A stretch of 64,000 nt of DNA from a bacterium (lineage in GTDB: Bacteria > SM23-31): positions 512,001-576,000 of the forward strand of contig OZ252239.1 of NCBI GenBank assembly GCA_965249485.1, read 5' to 3'. Under the pieces are notes generated by a model, which saw only the letters and a list, made by a program, of their open reading frames with translations, was not told the DNA's origin and did no database searches. Below are positions 9,770-19,479 of this stretch, in pieces; position 1 is the first letter of the stretch, and each line of letters begins with the position of its first letter. Both the position numbers and the translations under genes were made by a program.

Positions 9770-12700
9770 ATGCAAATGAATACTAAGCAACTGAAACAAT
9801 TTACTCTGAATATATGTACAGGGATGCTGCTGTGGAGTACACTTGGACCTGTTCACGCACAGGAAATTAAATCTGTCCGTGATTACGGGTTTGCTCTGGA
9901 ACTGTATGAGCGGGAATTGTATGCTGTCGCAATCGATGCACTCGAACAGTTTGTATTTAACAATCCCGATGATCAACATAGCGCAGAAGCCCGGTTTTAT
10001 ATCGGGAAATCGTATTTTGCGCTTGAGCAGTATACTCAGGCCTCATCGGCTTTCACTGAATTTGTCGCACGACACCGTTCGTCTCCACTTATTCCCGATG
10101 CCTGGAAACTCCTCGCGGAGAGTCATGTCAAGTCTGGCGATATTGAGAAAGCGGCAGAATCTCTTGAAGCTCTGGCAGATATACTCTTTGCTGAAACGGA
10201 ACATACTGTTCCTGCACTGTTCCGTGCTGCTGAGCTGTATCAGGAAATTGGCCGTACAAATAAGGCCACCTATTTATTACAACGGATTTCCGATACGTAT
10301 CCAGACCACGCTCTCTATCCAGAGGTGGTTATAATATTAGCACAGAACTTTGCAGCACAGGGAGACTATCTCGCTGCGGTGCGAGAGTTGTCAAAAATCG
10401 GCCCGAGCATCGATGATGCTTTGAAGTGGGAAGCTCGCTATTATAGAGGTATGTACCATCTGAAACTTAATGCATTGAAGAGCGGCGAAGAAGACCTATC
10501 ATCTATACTCTCAGAAGCATCTCGTGATTCCGAACCGTATCAGAAGGCAGTACTGCTGCTTGCCGGGCATTATATCAAACAGGGTAATACCGAGTCGGCT
10601 ATTAATCTGCTTTCAGATTTGGCCGGCAATTCCAACACTTCGGCACAATTCCGCAGTCAGGCACATTTGGAACTCGGAAAACTCTTGTTCCAATCAGGTG
10701 ATTACCAGCGTGCACATGAGTATTTCTCAAACGCACAGCATCTCGTTGAAAATTTAACCCTTTTAAATGAGTTGCTCTATTATAACGGGCGTACATTTTT
10801 TGAAGAGGCTGATTACCCCCAGGCATATGCGGAATTAAGCAAATTATTTTCTGATGGCTGGCCAGGTAGCAGACCAGCAGAAGAGATTAAACAATTTGAA
10901 CATGATGCTTTCTCTCTCTATGTCCGTTCTGCAAATCTATCCGGTTCTACGATCGACATTGTGCTGCTGAGTGGATCGGTACTTGGACTGTCCGACCAGT
11001 TTCACGATGCTCAGACCTATCTCAGGTGGGGAGACATATTTTTTGATGCTTCTTTATTTCGGACTGCAAATGATCTTTATGAAAAGGGATATGAACACTT
11101 TCCGGAGGAGCGTTCGAGTGATTTTCTGCTCCTGAACCGGGGAAAAACGTTTGAATTGCTAGGAGACAACCGAATTGCCCACTCCCTTTACAACCGTGTT
11201 ATTTCGAATTATCCTGGGGGAGAAGCTGCACACAAAGCTGATAATCGCATCAATTATCTCAACAGAAAACATGGAAGATTAAGTGATGAGGAAATCTTAC
11301 AGAAGCGGTCGCAATTGCTCGACAGGTTATCTCAAAATAGCACGTTCAGCGATCCGGCTACGCAGAGATTGACGGAAGCTTTTTTGCATGGCCAATTTAA
11401 TTATGAAATTCGGGATCTGGAAAAAGCGCTCGAAAACTTCCGCATCATCATAGAAGACGGGACGGAACATGACCGATTCACTGATGCAATAACACTTTCA
11501 GCAGAAATTTTCGACAACTTGTACCTCATTTATATTTATGAAGAAGCCTTTGGAAGAGCGGAAGGCGCAGCACAGGAGGCATTGGAATTGTACCGGCGTT
11601 TTCTTAATATTTCGGATGACCTTGGTGATTATAGCGGGTTCACGAAAAAACGTATTATAGATCTTACGCTGGCTCTATCTGAAACCAATGAAGAAAAGGT
11701 TGACCGAGCCCGCAGTTTTATTCAAGGATCGGAGGCGTATATTGATCAGGGAGTACTCGAATTCGGAAAGTATCGGCTTGCAGAACTGCTGATACAGAAC
11801 GCCGATTCGCTTAGTACGCTTCAAGAAGCCATAAATATTCTTGAAAATCTTTCTCTATCTTTGTTAGATAATACTGAGCTTGAAGAGATGGCCTATTTTA
11901 AAATAATCGGTGCTTTGAAGACTGCCATTGGTTCTACACAAATTATAGGGTATTGCAAAGATTATGTCACTGCATATCCCCGCGGGAGCCATACACCAGA
12001 AGCACGATTTATCGGAGCAGAGACATTTCTTAAATCCGGTGATCCGGAAAATGCTCGCCTCTGGCTCGAACAGCTCATGCGGGATCACTTTTACAGCAGA
12101 TTTGTCGACAGGGGAGCAATTCTATTGGCCGATTTACTCTCTCTTGAGGGAGCAACAGAAGATGCGTTAAAGCTATACCACATGACGATGCAGTCAGTGG
12201 CAGATTCTGATGATTCAGAACTTGTTACACCAATTCTGTTGAAGATCGCAGATATTTACCGGGAGAGCGATCAGTACAGCAATGCCGTCGATTATTTGCT
12301 GTTATACACCGAGGCCGAGACTGACATTGCTAAAAAAACCAAAGGACTCAAAGCACTCTCAGAATTGTATGTTTTAAGAAACAATTTTGATTTGGCGCGT
12401 CGTGTTCAGATGTACATAATTAATAGCGATGCCGATTCGGTTGTAGTGCTCAGTGCTCGGATTGAGGAAGCTTTTTTGTTTTACCGACAATCAAACGATC
12501 CTTCTGCCTCTAATTTTGAAGACTTGCTGCGTGCTGCGCGAGAAAAATTTCTTACACTTTCGGAACTCCCGATAGAAGATTCAGTGAAGGTTCGGATTGA
12601 TTTTACCGCACTTGTCTGCCTTTACCGACTTGACCGAAGGCAGGAAGCTAATAAACTTCGTGATGATTTTGAGCGGAGGTACCGGTTTCTTCCCGATGAT

Positions 12701-13606
12701 GACCGCAACGATTACCTGAGCAAACTCCGTGTCGAAGAAGCACTGGTCCATCAGCGTACTGCAGTTACTATGTTGACATCAGGAAATGTCCATGAGGCGA
12801 ATAACCGGTTCGGCGAAGCGATTTCGATTTTTACCGATATTGCCCGGAAATTTCAAGGAAGTACGGGTGAGCAGCTTGCAGAATTTTACCACGGGCTACA
12901 GCTTGCAGTATATCAAAACCAGGTTGAAGAGGGTCTTGCTCTTTTGGTGGATTTTCGCAGAAAGTATCCCGACAGCCTATACCTTTTTCAAGTGTACTCT
13001 CAGCTTGGGATAATTCAGAAAAATCTCAACAGATATAAAGATGCCTATGTGTCGTTCAGTATTGCCGTTGAAACTCCTGAGGGGAAAAATGACGCTGAAA
13101 CACATCTGAATTATATTGAAGGATGTGCCGATGCAGGATTTCAGGTTGTTCAGATTGATGCGATTCATACCTATCTGCGTCATTTTCCTGAAGCTCCTCA
13201 GCGAATGCAGATGCTGATTAATGTCGGCAACCTTTATAAGATTCTTGGGCAATATGATATCGCAATTACTCATTTTGAATCAATTATACCGGAGGCTGGT
13301 CCCGAATCTCAGATAGAAGTGCAGTATTATCTCGGAGATAGTTATTTTCAGCAGAAAAAATATACACTCGCGATTGCCGAATTTCTGAAACTTCTCCAGT
13401 ATGGTGATCCCAGATCAACCGATCTCCCCTTCCATACGACCACCCGGTGGTATACCGCACTAAGTTTTAAAGAGATCGGAGACTACGACAATGCTATAGC
13501 GTATCTTGATCCGATCTTGAGCGCGTACGGCCCATCGGATGATTTTTATAAGAGCGCCCAGCGTGAAAAAGATACTATCCTTAAACTTATGCAACTCAGG
13601 AAGTAA
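9770..13606 (+). CDS. Large exported tetratricopeptide-repeat protein (1278 aa)
   Basis: Signal peptide ending VHA-Q; many TPR-like units such as EARFYIGKSYF..EQY..A...F..F...H..S and YYLGDSYFQQKKY..AI.EF. Confidence 0.85.
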   Translation: MQMNTKQLKQFTLNICTGMLLWSTLGPVHAQEIKSVRDYGFALELYERELYAVAIDALEQFVFNNPDDQHSAEARFYIGKSYFALEQYTQASSAFTEFVARHRSSPLIPDAWKLLAESHVKSGDIEKAAESLEALADILFAETEHTVPALFRAAELYQEIGRTNKATYLLQRISDTYPDHALYPEVVIILAQNFAAQGDYLAAVRELSKIGPSIDDALKWEARYYRGMYHLKLNALKSGEEDLSSILSEASRDSEPYQKAVLLLAGHYIKQGNTESAINLLSDLAGNSNTSAQFRSQAHLELGKLLFQSGDYQRAHEYFSNAQHLVENLTLLNELLYYNGRTFFEEADYPQAYAELSKLFSDGWPGSRPAEEIKQFEHDAFSLYVRSANLSGSTIDIVLLSGSVLGLSDQFHDAQTYLRWGDIFFDASLFRTANDLYEKGYEHFPEERSSDFLLLNRGKTFELLGDNRIAHSLYNRVISNYPGGEAAHKADNRINYLNRKHGRLSDEEILQKRSQLLDRLSQNSTFSDPATQRLTEAFLHGQFNYEIRDLEKALENFRIIIEDGTEHDRFTDAITLSAEIFDNLYLIYIYEEAFGRAEGAAQEALELYRRFLNISDDLGDYSGFTKKRIIDLTLALSETNEEKVDRARSFIQGSEAYIDQGVLEFGKYRLAELLIQNADSLSTLQEAINILENLSLSLLDNTELEEMAYFKIIGALKTAIGSTQIIGYCKDYVTAYPRGSHTPEARFIGAETFLKSGDPENARLWLEQLMRDHFYSRFVDRGAILLADLLSLEGATEDALKLYHMTMQSVADSDDSELVTPILLKIADIYRESDQYSNAVDYLLLYTEAETDIAKKTKGLKALSELYVLRNNFDLARRVQMYIINSDADSVVVLSARIEEAFLFYRQSNDPSASNFEDLLRAAREKFLTLSELPIEDSVKVRIDFTALVCLYRLDRRQEANKLRDDFERRYRFLPDDDRNDYLSKLRVEEALVHQRTAVTMLTSGNVHEANNRFGEAISIFTDIARKFQGSTGEQLAEFYHGLQLAVYQNQVEEGLALLVDFRRKYPDSLYLFQVYSQLGIIQKNLNRYKDAYVSFSIAVETPEGKNDAETHLNYIEGCADAGFQVVQIDAIHTYLRHFPEAPQRMQMLINVGNLYKILGQYDIAITHFESIIPEAGPESQIEVQYYLGDSYFQQKKYTLAIAEFLKLLQYGDPRSTDLPFHTTTRWYTALSFKEIGDYDNAIAYLDPILSAYGPSDDFYKSAQREKDTILKLMQLRK

Positions 13607-13607
13607 C

Positions 13608-14471
13608 ATGCCTGAATTTTCTCCATTTGAACAACAAGAGATGTACCGTATACTCAAAACCGCTCTGATGGAAGATATCGGCAGCGGGGATATTACCACA
13701 AAAGCAACGATTTCACAAAGAGCCACAACACATGCCACCATTACAGCCAAGTCATCATGCGTTCTTGCCGGTATACAGGTGGCAGCGTCCTGTTTTCCAC
13801 TCCTGAATAACAATATTAGTATATCTATGTCTTATGAAGACGGTGACCATATTGGAAAAGGTGACATTGTTCTTGAGATTGTCGGCCCAACTCGTGCTAT
13901 TCTACAGGCGGAACGGACGGCGCTCAACCTTCTCGGCAGGATGTCGGGTATTGCTACGGTAACCGCTCAGTTTGTTGAAAAAACTTCCGGAACAAACGCA
14001 AAAGTTCTCGACACCCGAAAAACAATGCCGGGACTTCGCCTCCTTGACAAATACGCTGTGCGGGCAGGTGGAGGCTACAACCACCGCGTCGGTTTGTACG
14101 ATATGTTTCTGATTAAGGAAAACCACATTACTGCTGCGGGCGGTATACCGGAAGCTGTTGAGCGGTGTAAAGCCTTTCAAAAACTGCACAAAACACTCGA
14201 ATCAACTACCATCATTGTTGAAGCTTCGACACCAGAGGAGGCCGAAACCGCCTGTGCAGCTGGTGCGGGGAGAATTCTGCTCGATAATATGAAACCTGCC
14301 GCGATCCGTGCTATAGTAACGAAACTTCAGGGCAAGGTTAAGCTGGAAGTATCGGGTGGAATTACGCTTAAAAATGTCTGCGAATATGCCGAGACAGGAG
14401 TCGATTATATATCAATCGGCATGCTGACCCATTCCCCGCCATCTGCAGATTTTTCTCTGCTTTTACAGTAG
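13608..14471 (+). CDS. nadC: Nicotinate-nucleotide diphosphorylase (quinolinate phosphoribosyltransferase)
   Basis: ED...GDITT, ERTALN, DTRKT.PGLR, HR.GL.D..LIKENH, ILLDN, SGGI. ATG at 13608 follows the TPR gene stop. Confidence 0.96.
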   Translation: MPEFSPFEQQEMYRILKTALMEDIGSGDITTKATISQRATTHATITAKSSCVLAGIQVAASCFPLLNNNISISMSYEDGDHIGKGDIVLEIVGPTRAILQAERTALNLLGRMSGIATVTAQFVEKTSGTNAKVLDTRKTMPGLRLLDKYAVRAGGGYNHRVGLYDMFLIKENHITAAGGIPEAVERCKAFQKLHKTLESTTIIVEASTPEEAETACAAGAGRILLDNMKPAAIRAIVTKLQGKVKLEVSGGITLKNVCEYAETGVDYISIGMLTHSPPSADFSLLLQ

Positions 14472-14476
14472 CGTAA

Positions 14477-14734
14477 CTTGAATACACTGTCGACCAACAT
14501 TTTGATATGAGAACTGATACTTTCCGGAACAGCGGAACACCCTACCGGCAGCTTCTTGAAATAAAATTGATAAAGCCCAATACATTTTATGAGATCGGGT
14601 GCAATCCTTATTCAAATTCTCAAGTCTATACAAAATATCTTGAAGATATTGGTGCACATATCTATTATATTGATGACATTACCAGAAAATTTGCTGCATA
14701 CATTCTCATGCTGACATTAGTTGTTACACATTAA
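14477..14734 (+). pseudogene. Internal fragment of an arginase-family enzyme, probably formimidoylglutamase (HutG)
   Basis: Frame reads VDQHFDMR..NSGTPYRQLLE..LI.P..FYEIG..P..NS..Y (DxHxD metal motif, SGTP motif). In-frame TAA at 14474; N- and C-terminal parts are missing. Confidence 0.7.
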
Positions 14735-14791
14735 ACTCCGAACTCAAATTTGAGTTATGAAATGTTTATACAACAGCGTCTGGAATAAGTA

Positions 14792-16012
14792 ATGGACGAA
14801 AAACTCATAGAATGTGTACCGAATTTTTCGGAAGGCCGAAATTCCGGTGTCATTAAACAGATAACCGATACGATTGAGCAGATCAATGGTGTTAATCTAC
14901 TGAATGTCGATTCGGGAGTGGACACTAACCGGACAGTTGTGACGTTTGTCGGCAATCCGGACGGTGTGAAGGAAGCAGCATTTCGCGCAATCGAGAAAGC
15001 ATCCGAACTGATTGACATGTCAAAGCATCGGGGAATCCATCCGCGGATGGGAGCGACCGATGTGTGTCCATTCATTCCTGTGAAAGACGTGACAGTTGAA
15101 GAATGTATTGAACTTTCCCGGGAAGTAGCGAAACGGGTAGGTGATGAACTAAATATTGCTGTCTATCTCTATGAGAAATCCGCACAGAAGCCGGACAAAG
15201 TCAATCTTGCAGAGATTCGCCATGGTGAATATGAGGCATTAGCGGACAAACTCAATAAACCGGAATGGAAACCCGATTTCGGTCCGACGCAATTCAATGT
15301 CCGTTCCGGAGCGAGCATTATCGGTGTGCGAGAGTTTTTAATTGCCTACAATATTTCTCTCAATACGCGAGACCTGATATATGCAACCGATATGGCATTA
15401 GATCTTCGCACAAAAGGTCGCACTGCACGCAGGGGAAATATCGATCCAATATATTTACAAGGTGAGGAGAAATTATTATATGGAACGGATTCCTTCCCAT
15501 GTGGGACATGTAATTTTATAGGGAAGACGATCCAAGAGACCGGAAAACACTGTCGGAACGAACACGGTTACAATCTTGAAAAATTGCTGAGTCTGAACGA
15601 TATCGATCCGAATTATCCTGAGGGAGAACACGTGAAGATTTCGGGAATGTTTCAGCAGTGCAAGTCGATCGGTTGGTTAGTTGAGGAGTATGACCGGACG
15701 CAGGTTTCGATCAACTTGACTGATTACAATATTACATCTATGCATGATGTGTTTGATGCGTCACTCGTTCTTGCCGCGAAGCGCGGCATTGGTATTACCG
15801 GCAGTGAGATTATCGGCATGGTCTCCTATCCTGCACTTTTGGCATCGGGAATACATTATCTCAAGAAACAAGGTCACTTTGCGAATATCCCGATCAGAGA
15901 TATTCTGGAAACTGCAGTTCAATCTCTCCATCTTCGGGATGTAGCTGATTTTAAAATTGAAGAGCGTGTTATCGGATTGCCAAACGATCTTAGTGAAGCA
16001 TATTTGTTCTAA
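14792..16012 (+). CDS. ftcD: Glutamate formimidoyltransferase (FTCD N and C subdomains, no cyclodeaminase domain) with an internal insertion
   Basis: IECVPNFSEGR, NRTVVT, HPRMGATDVCPF, IR.GEYE, REFLIAYN, QVSINL, GSEIIG. Confidence 0.92.
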   Translation: MDEKLIECVPNFSEGRNSGVIKQITDTIEQINGVNLLNVDSGVDTNRTVVTFVGNPDGVKEAAFRAIEKASELIDMSKHRGIHPRMGATDVCPFIPVKDVTVEECIELSREVAKRVGDELNIAVYLYEKSAQKPDKVNLAEIRHGEYEALADKLNKPEWKPDFGPTQFNVRSGASIIGVREFLIAYNISLNTRDLIYATDMALDLRTKGRTARRGNIDPIYLQGEEKLLYGTDSFPCGTCNFIGKTIQETGKHCRNEHGYNLEKLLSLNDIDPNYPEGEHVKISGMFQQCKSIGWLVEEYDRTQVSINLTDYNITSMHDVFDASLVLAAKRGIGITGSEIIGMVSYPALLASGIHYLKKQGHFANIPIRDILETAVQSLHLRDVADFKIEERVIGLPNDLSEAYLF

Positions 16013-16035
16013 TAAAACAATCCACCGACGTGTAC

Positions 16036-17787
16036 TTATTCCAGTTCGAGTTCCTGCGTGAGGAGTTGCTTTTTATATAGTCCGGCATAGAGTCCGCCAA
16101 GATTTACAAGTTCATCGTGTGAACCCTGCTCAACAATTCCTCCTTCATCAAGCACATAAATAATATCTGAGTCCTTAATAGTCGAAACTCTGTGGGAAAT
16201 GATGATGCTCGTTCGTGAGCGTACAACATCCTGCAGACGTGATAGTATTTCTTCTTCTGTTTTTGTATCTACACTCGAAAGTGCATCGTCCAAAATTAGA
16301 ATCTTCGGTTCACGTATAACCGCCCTCGATATTGCAGTGCGCTGTTTCTGACCTCCGGAAAGATTAATACCCCGTTCACCGAGCATTGTATTGTACTGCC
16401 TCGGAAACGCCTCGATATTCTCTTTGAGCTGCGAAATGGTTACTGCTTCATAGAGCTGAGGATCTGAGAACGATTCTATACCGTAGACAATATTTTCCTT
16501 GATTGTATCCGAAAAAAGAAACGTCTCCTGCGGAACAACACCGATGTTTTTTCGTAAATCATCGAGCGGTATTGTCAGAACATCGACACCATCAATAAAG
16601 ACTGTTCCCGCTGGAGGTTGATAAATGCGGGGTATGAGATTGATAAGGGTACTTTTACCTGATCCAGTCGGCCCGATTATAGCTGCCATTCCGCCACCAG
16701 GAATAGTTAGATTTATATTATTCAGAACATGGCTGTTTCCATTTTTGTATGAGAATGATAAACTTTTGATAACGATATCCCCTGAAAATGAACCTGCAAA
16801 TGGAACCGATTGTGCATCATTTATGTCTGGTTTGACATCCATGATTACGTTCATTCTGCTCATCGAGGCTGCACCGCGCTGAAAAAGATTCACAACCCAA
16901 CCAACCGAAATTATAGGCCAGAGGAGCATAATCAGATAGGTATTGAATGCAACAAATTCACCAAGTGTAAGTGTTTGCTGTATGACACTTCTGCCCCCGT
17001 ACCAGAGAATAAGAGCAAATCCGATACCACTCACGAAGTGAATTGTCGGGTAGAAAAAGCTCCAGACCTGAATCAATTTCTTATTGAGAGAGACATATTT
17101 CGCGTTCATGGAATCAAAAGTCTGAATTTCGTTCTGTTCTCTGACGTACGCTTTGATAATCCGAATACCCGACAGATTTTCTTGCACTCGGGCACTGATC
17201 GCTGAAAACTGTGCCTGAATTTTTTCAAACCAGAAGTGTACCCGGACACCAAACCGGTTAATGAGAAATGCCAGCAGTGGAAACGGAAGCACTGCAACAA
17301 GCGTAAGCTGTGGATTAATGCTTATCATATAGTATAGAGTAACACCGAAAAGAATAACTGTGTTGAGAGAGTACATGATACCCGGCCCGAGTACCATACG
17401 GACGGCATTCAGATCGTTTGTCGCCCTGGACATAAGGTCACCGGTCCGGTTTATATCGTAAAACGACTGTTCCAGGGTTTGAAGGTGCTTAAAAAAGTCA
17501 TTTCTAATATCATATTCGATTTTGCGGGAAATACCGATTATGGTGTTTCTCATCAGAAATCTGAATAATCCCTGTGTTGCCGCATAGATTAAGAGGAGTA
17601 TGACATGAGCAAAGAGCACCGATCTGTCGAGGTTATCACCCAGAGCATCAACGGCGTCTCCCATAACTCTCGGCACTTTTGTGGTGAAATAAACCGTAAA
17701 AATGATAAACAAAATTCCAATAATGAGTCCAATTTTGTATTTCTTTACGTATGGGATAAGCTGTAAGAGGCTTGCTGTTTGTCTCAT
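16036..17787 (-). CDS. ABC exporter, fused permease/ATP-binding subunit (MsbA/Sav1866-like)
   Basis: TM domain followed by GPTGSGKST, LSGGQKQR, ILILDDALS, ISHR. Confidence 0.93.
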   Translation of the reverse strand: MRQTASLLQLIPYVKKYKIGLIIGILFIIFTVYFTTKVPRVMGDAVDALGDNLDRSVLFAHVILLLIYAATQGLFRFLMRNTIIGISRKIEYDIRNDFFKHLQTLEQSFYDINRTGDLMSRATNDLNAVRMVLGPGIMYSLNTVILFGVTLYYMISINPQLTLVAVLPFPLLAFLINRFGVRVHFWFEKIQAQFSAISARVQENLSGIRIIKAYVREQNEIQTFDSMNAKYVSLNKKLIQVWSFFYPTIHFVSGIGFALILWYGGRSVIQQTLTLGEFVAFNTYLIMLLWPIISVGWVVNLFQRGAASMSRMNVIMDVKPDINDAQSVPFAGSFSGDIVIKSLSFSYKNGNSHVLNNINLTIPGGGMAAIIGPTGSGKSTLINLIPRIYQPPAGTVFIDGVDVLTIPLDDLRKNIGVVPQETFLFSDTIKENIVYGIESFSDPQLYEAVTISQLKENIEAFPRQYNTMLGERGINLSGGQKQRTAISRAVIREPKILILDDALSSVDTKTEEEILSRLQDVVRSRTSIIISHRVSTIKDSDIIYVLDEGGIVEQGSHDELVNLGGLYAGLYKKQLLTQELELE

Positions 17788-17857
17788 TATAGTATCTTCC
17801 GTTTAAATAACGGATTGTTTGAGTGTTGCTTTCAATTTTATATGTTGTACAGACAAT

Positions 17858-18511
17858 TTACCGCGAACGGTCGACACCGATCCGCTTACAATAGTCGTAT
17901 ATCGGACACTCACTGCAATAAGGAGAAACCGGTTTACACAAGTTTTGACCATAGGGAACGAGAAGATCGTTTAACCGTATCCAATACTCCTTCGGGAGTT
18001 TTTTCCTGAGTGCTATTTCCGTTTCGTCTGGTGATTTAGTCGAGACATATCCCCACCTGTTCGAAATTCTGTGGACATGTATATCAACACAGATGCCCGG
18101 CTTGTTGTAGCCGAGTGTCACCACAAGATTTGCTGTTTTCCTTCCAACACCTTTAAATTTCATCAGTTCATCGACATCGTCCGGCACTACTCCGTTATAT
18201 TCATCAAGAAGGACTTGAGAAACTTCGACAATTGTTTTTGCTTTGTTCCGATAAAATCCGACCGGATATACCAGCTTAGCAATTTCATCAACAGTGAGTC
18301 GGATCATGTCTTCGGGTGTATCAGCCCTGTTGAACAGTTTATCAGATGCTATGCGGGTTGTTTCATCCTTCGTGCGAAGACTGAGTATTGTAGCAACCAG
18401 AATTCTGTACGGGTCTTTCTTTCGGGCAACGACACCGACAACCGGCTCTTTCCAACGGGTTATTGTCTCTTCAAGTATCGGTATTACTTCGTGAATGTGT
18501 TTAGTATTCAT
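17858..18511 (-). CDS. nth: Endonuclease III
   Basis: HhH motif GVGRKTAN, VDIHVHRI, 4Fe-4S motif CKPVSPYCSECPIYDYC. Confidence 0.93.
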   Translation of the reverse strand: MNTKHIHEVIPILEETITRWKEPVVGVVARKKDPYRILVATILSLRTKDETTRIASDKLFNRADTPEDMIRLTVDEIAKLVYPVGFYRNKAKTIVEVSQVLLDEYNGVVPDDVDELMKFKGVGRKTANLVVTLGYNKPGICVDIHVHRISNRWGYVSTKSPDETEIALRKKLPKEYWIRLNDLLVPYGQNLCKPVSPYCSECPIYDYCKRIGVDRSR

Positions 18512-18552
18512 ACTTAGAGATGGAAGGAGATTAATGTTGGTTGAGAGCTAAA

Positions 18553-19272
18553 TTAACTAATAAGATTTGCGATGCGGGTCCAGCGGACTTTTGAGATAAT
18601 ATTGTACAGAGGAACAGAAGGATCCCATGACCAGTAAATAATGAGCGCCTCACCGACAAGGTTTTCTTTGGGAAGAAACCCCCAGTACCTGCTATCAAGA
18701 CTGTTATCCCTGTTGTCACCCATGACAAAATAGTGCCCATTTGGGACAGTAATCGGGCCGTAATTATCTTTATTAAAATTCGACCGTGGTGGAAATATCC
18801 CGTTTTCATACACGCCCTTGCTTTCGATTGGCATTGAGTCAAAACGGGAATGAGGGGGGTTATCAAACCGCTGTCCGTCGATATACAACTGTTTGTCTTT
18901 AATCTCGATTGTCTGCCCCTCTATCGCGATAAGCCGTTTTATATAGTCGAGTTCCGGATCACGGGGATATTTAAAGACGATTATATTGCCGGGCTGAGGA
19001 TCTTTGTAACCGGGAAGCCGCATATCGGTGAACGGCACCTTGGCCCCATACACAAATTTATTCACCAGCAGAAAATCCCCAACAAGGAGCGTGTCTTCCA
19101 TCGATCCGGTTGGAATTTTGAACGCCTGAATAACAAACGAACGGATTATAAACACGGAAACAGCGATTATGACGACTGTTTCAACTATCTCTCTGAAGAG
19201 GTTCTTCTTCGGTGCAGGATTTTTTCGCGATGCTCTTTTTTGGGGATTATTCACACGAGCCTTTTCATTCAT
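18553..19272 (-). CDS. lepB: Signal peptidase I
   Basis: IPTGSMEDTL.VGD, DYIKR, GDNRDNSLDSRYWG; downstream of lepA. Confidence 0.96.
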   Translation of the reverse strand: MNEKARVNNPQKRASRKNPAPKKNLFREIVETVVIIAVSVFIIRSFVIQAFKIPTGSMEDTLLVGDFLLVNKFVYGAKVPFTDMRLPGYKDPQPGNIIVFKYPRDPELDYIKRLIAIEGQTIEIKDKQLYIDGQRFDNPPHSRFDSMPIESKGVYENGIFPPRSNFNKDNYGPITVPNGHYFVMGDNRDNSLDSRYWGFLPKENLVGEALIIYWSWDPSVPLYNIISKVRWTRIANLIS

Positions 19273-19479
19273 TTATAGTACAATCCGATAACAATATGCG
19301 GGTTCTCATTAAAAAAAAATGAACCACGTGAATCTTACGATTCAGTATAGTATTAAGTTCCCTATTGAATGGTAATTTACCGTTAGGGATTCTGTACTAC
19401 GCTCTGTTTAAAAATTAGTACATCAGTCGATCGGTTGAAATGACAACAGAATTATATGCATTGTTTTTCTTAATGTTTA

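Noticed and set aside
19320..19335. parS-like sequence TGAACCACGTGAATCT between lepA and lepB
   Set aside because: Four mismatches to TGTTNCACGTGAAACA and only the CACGTG core is palindromic; no convincing parS found by eye.
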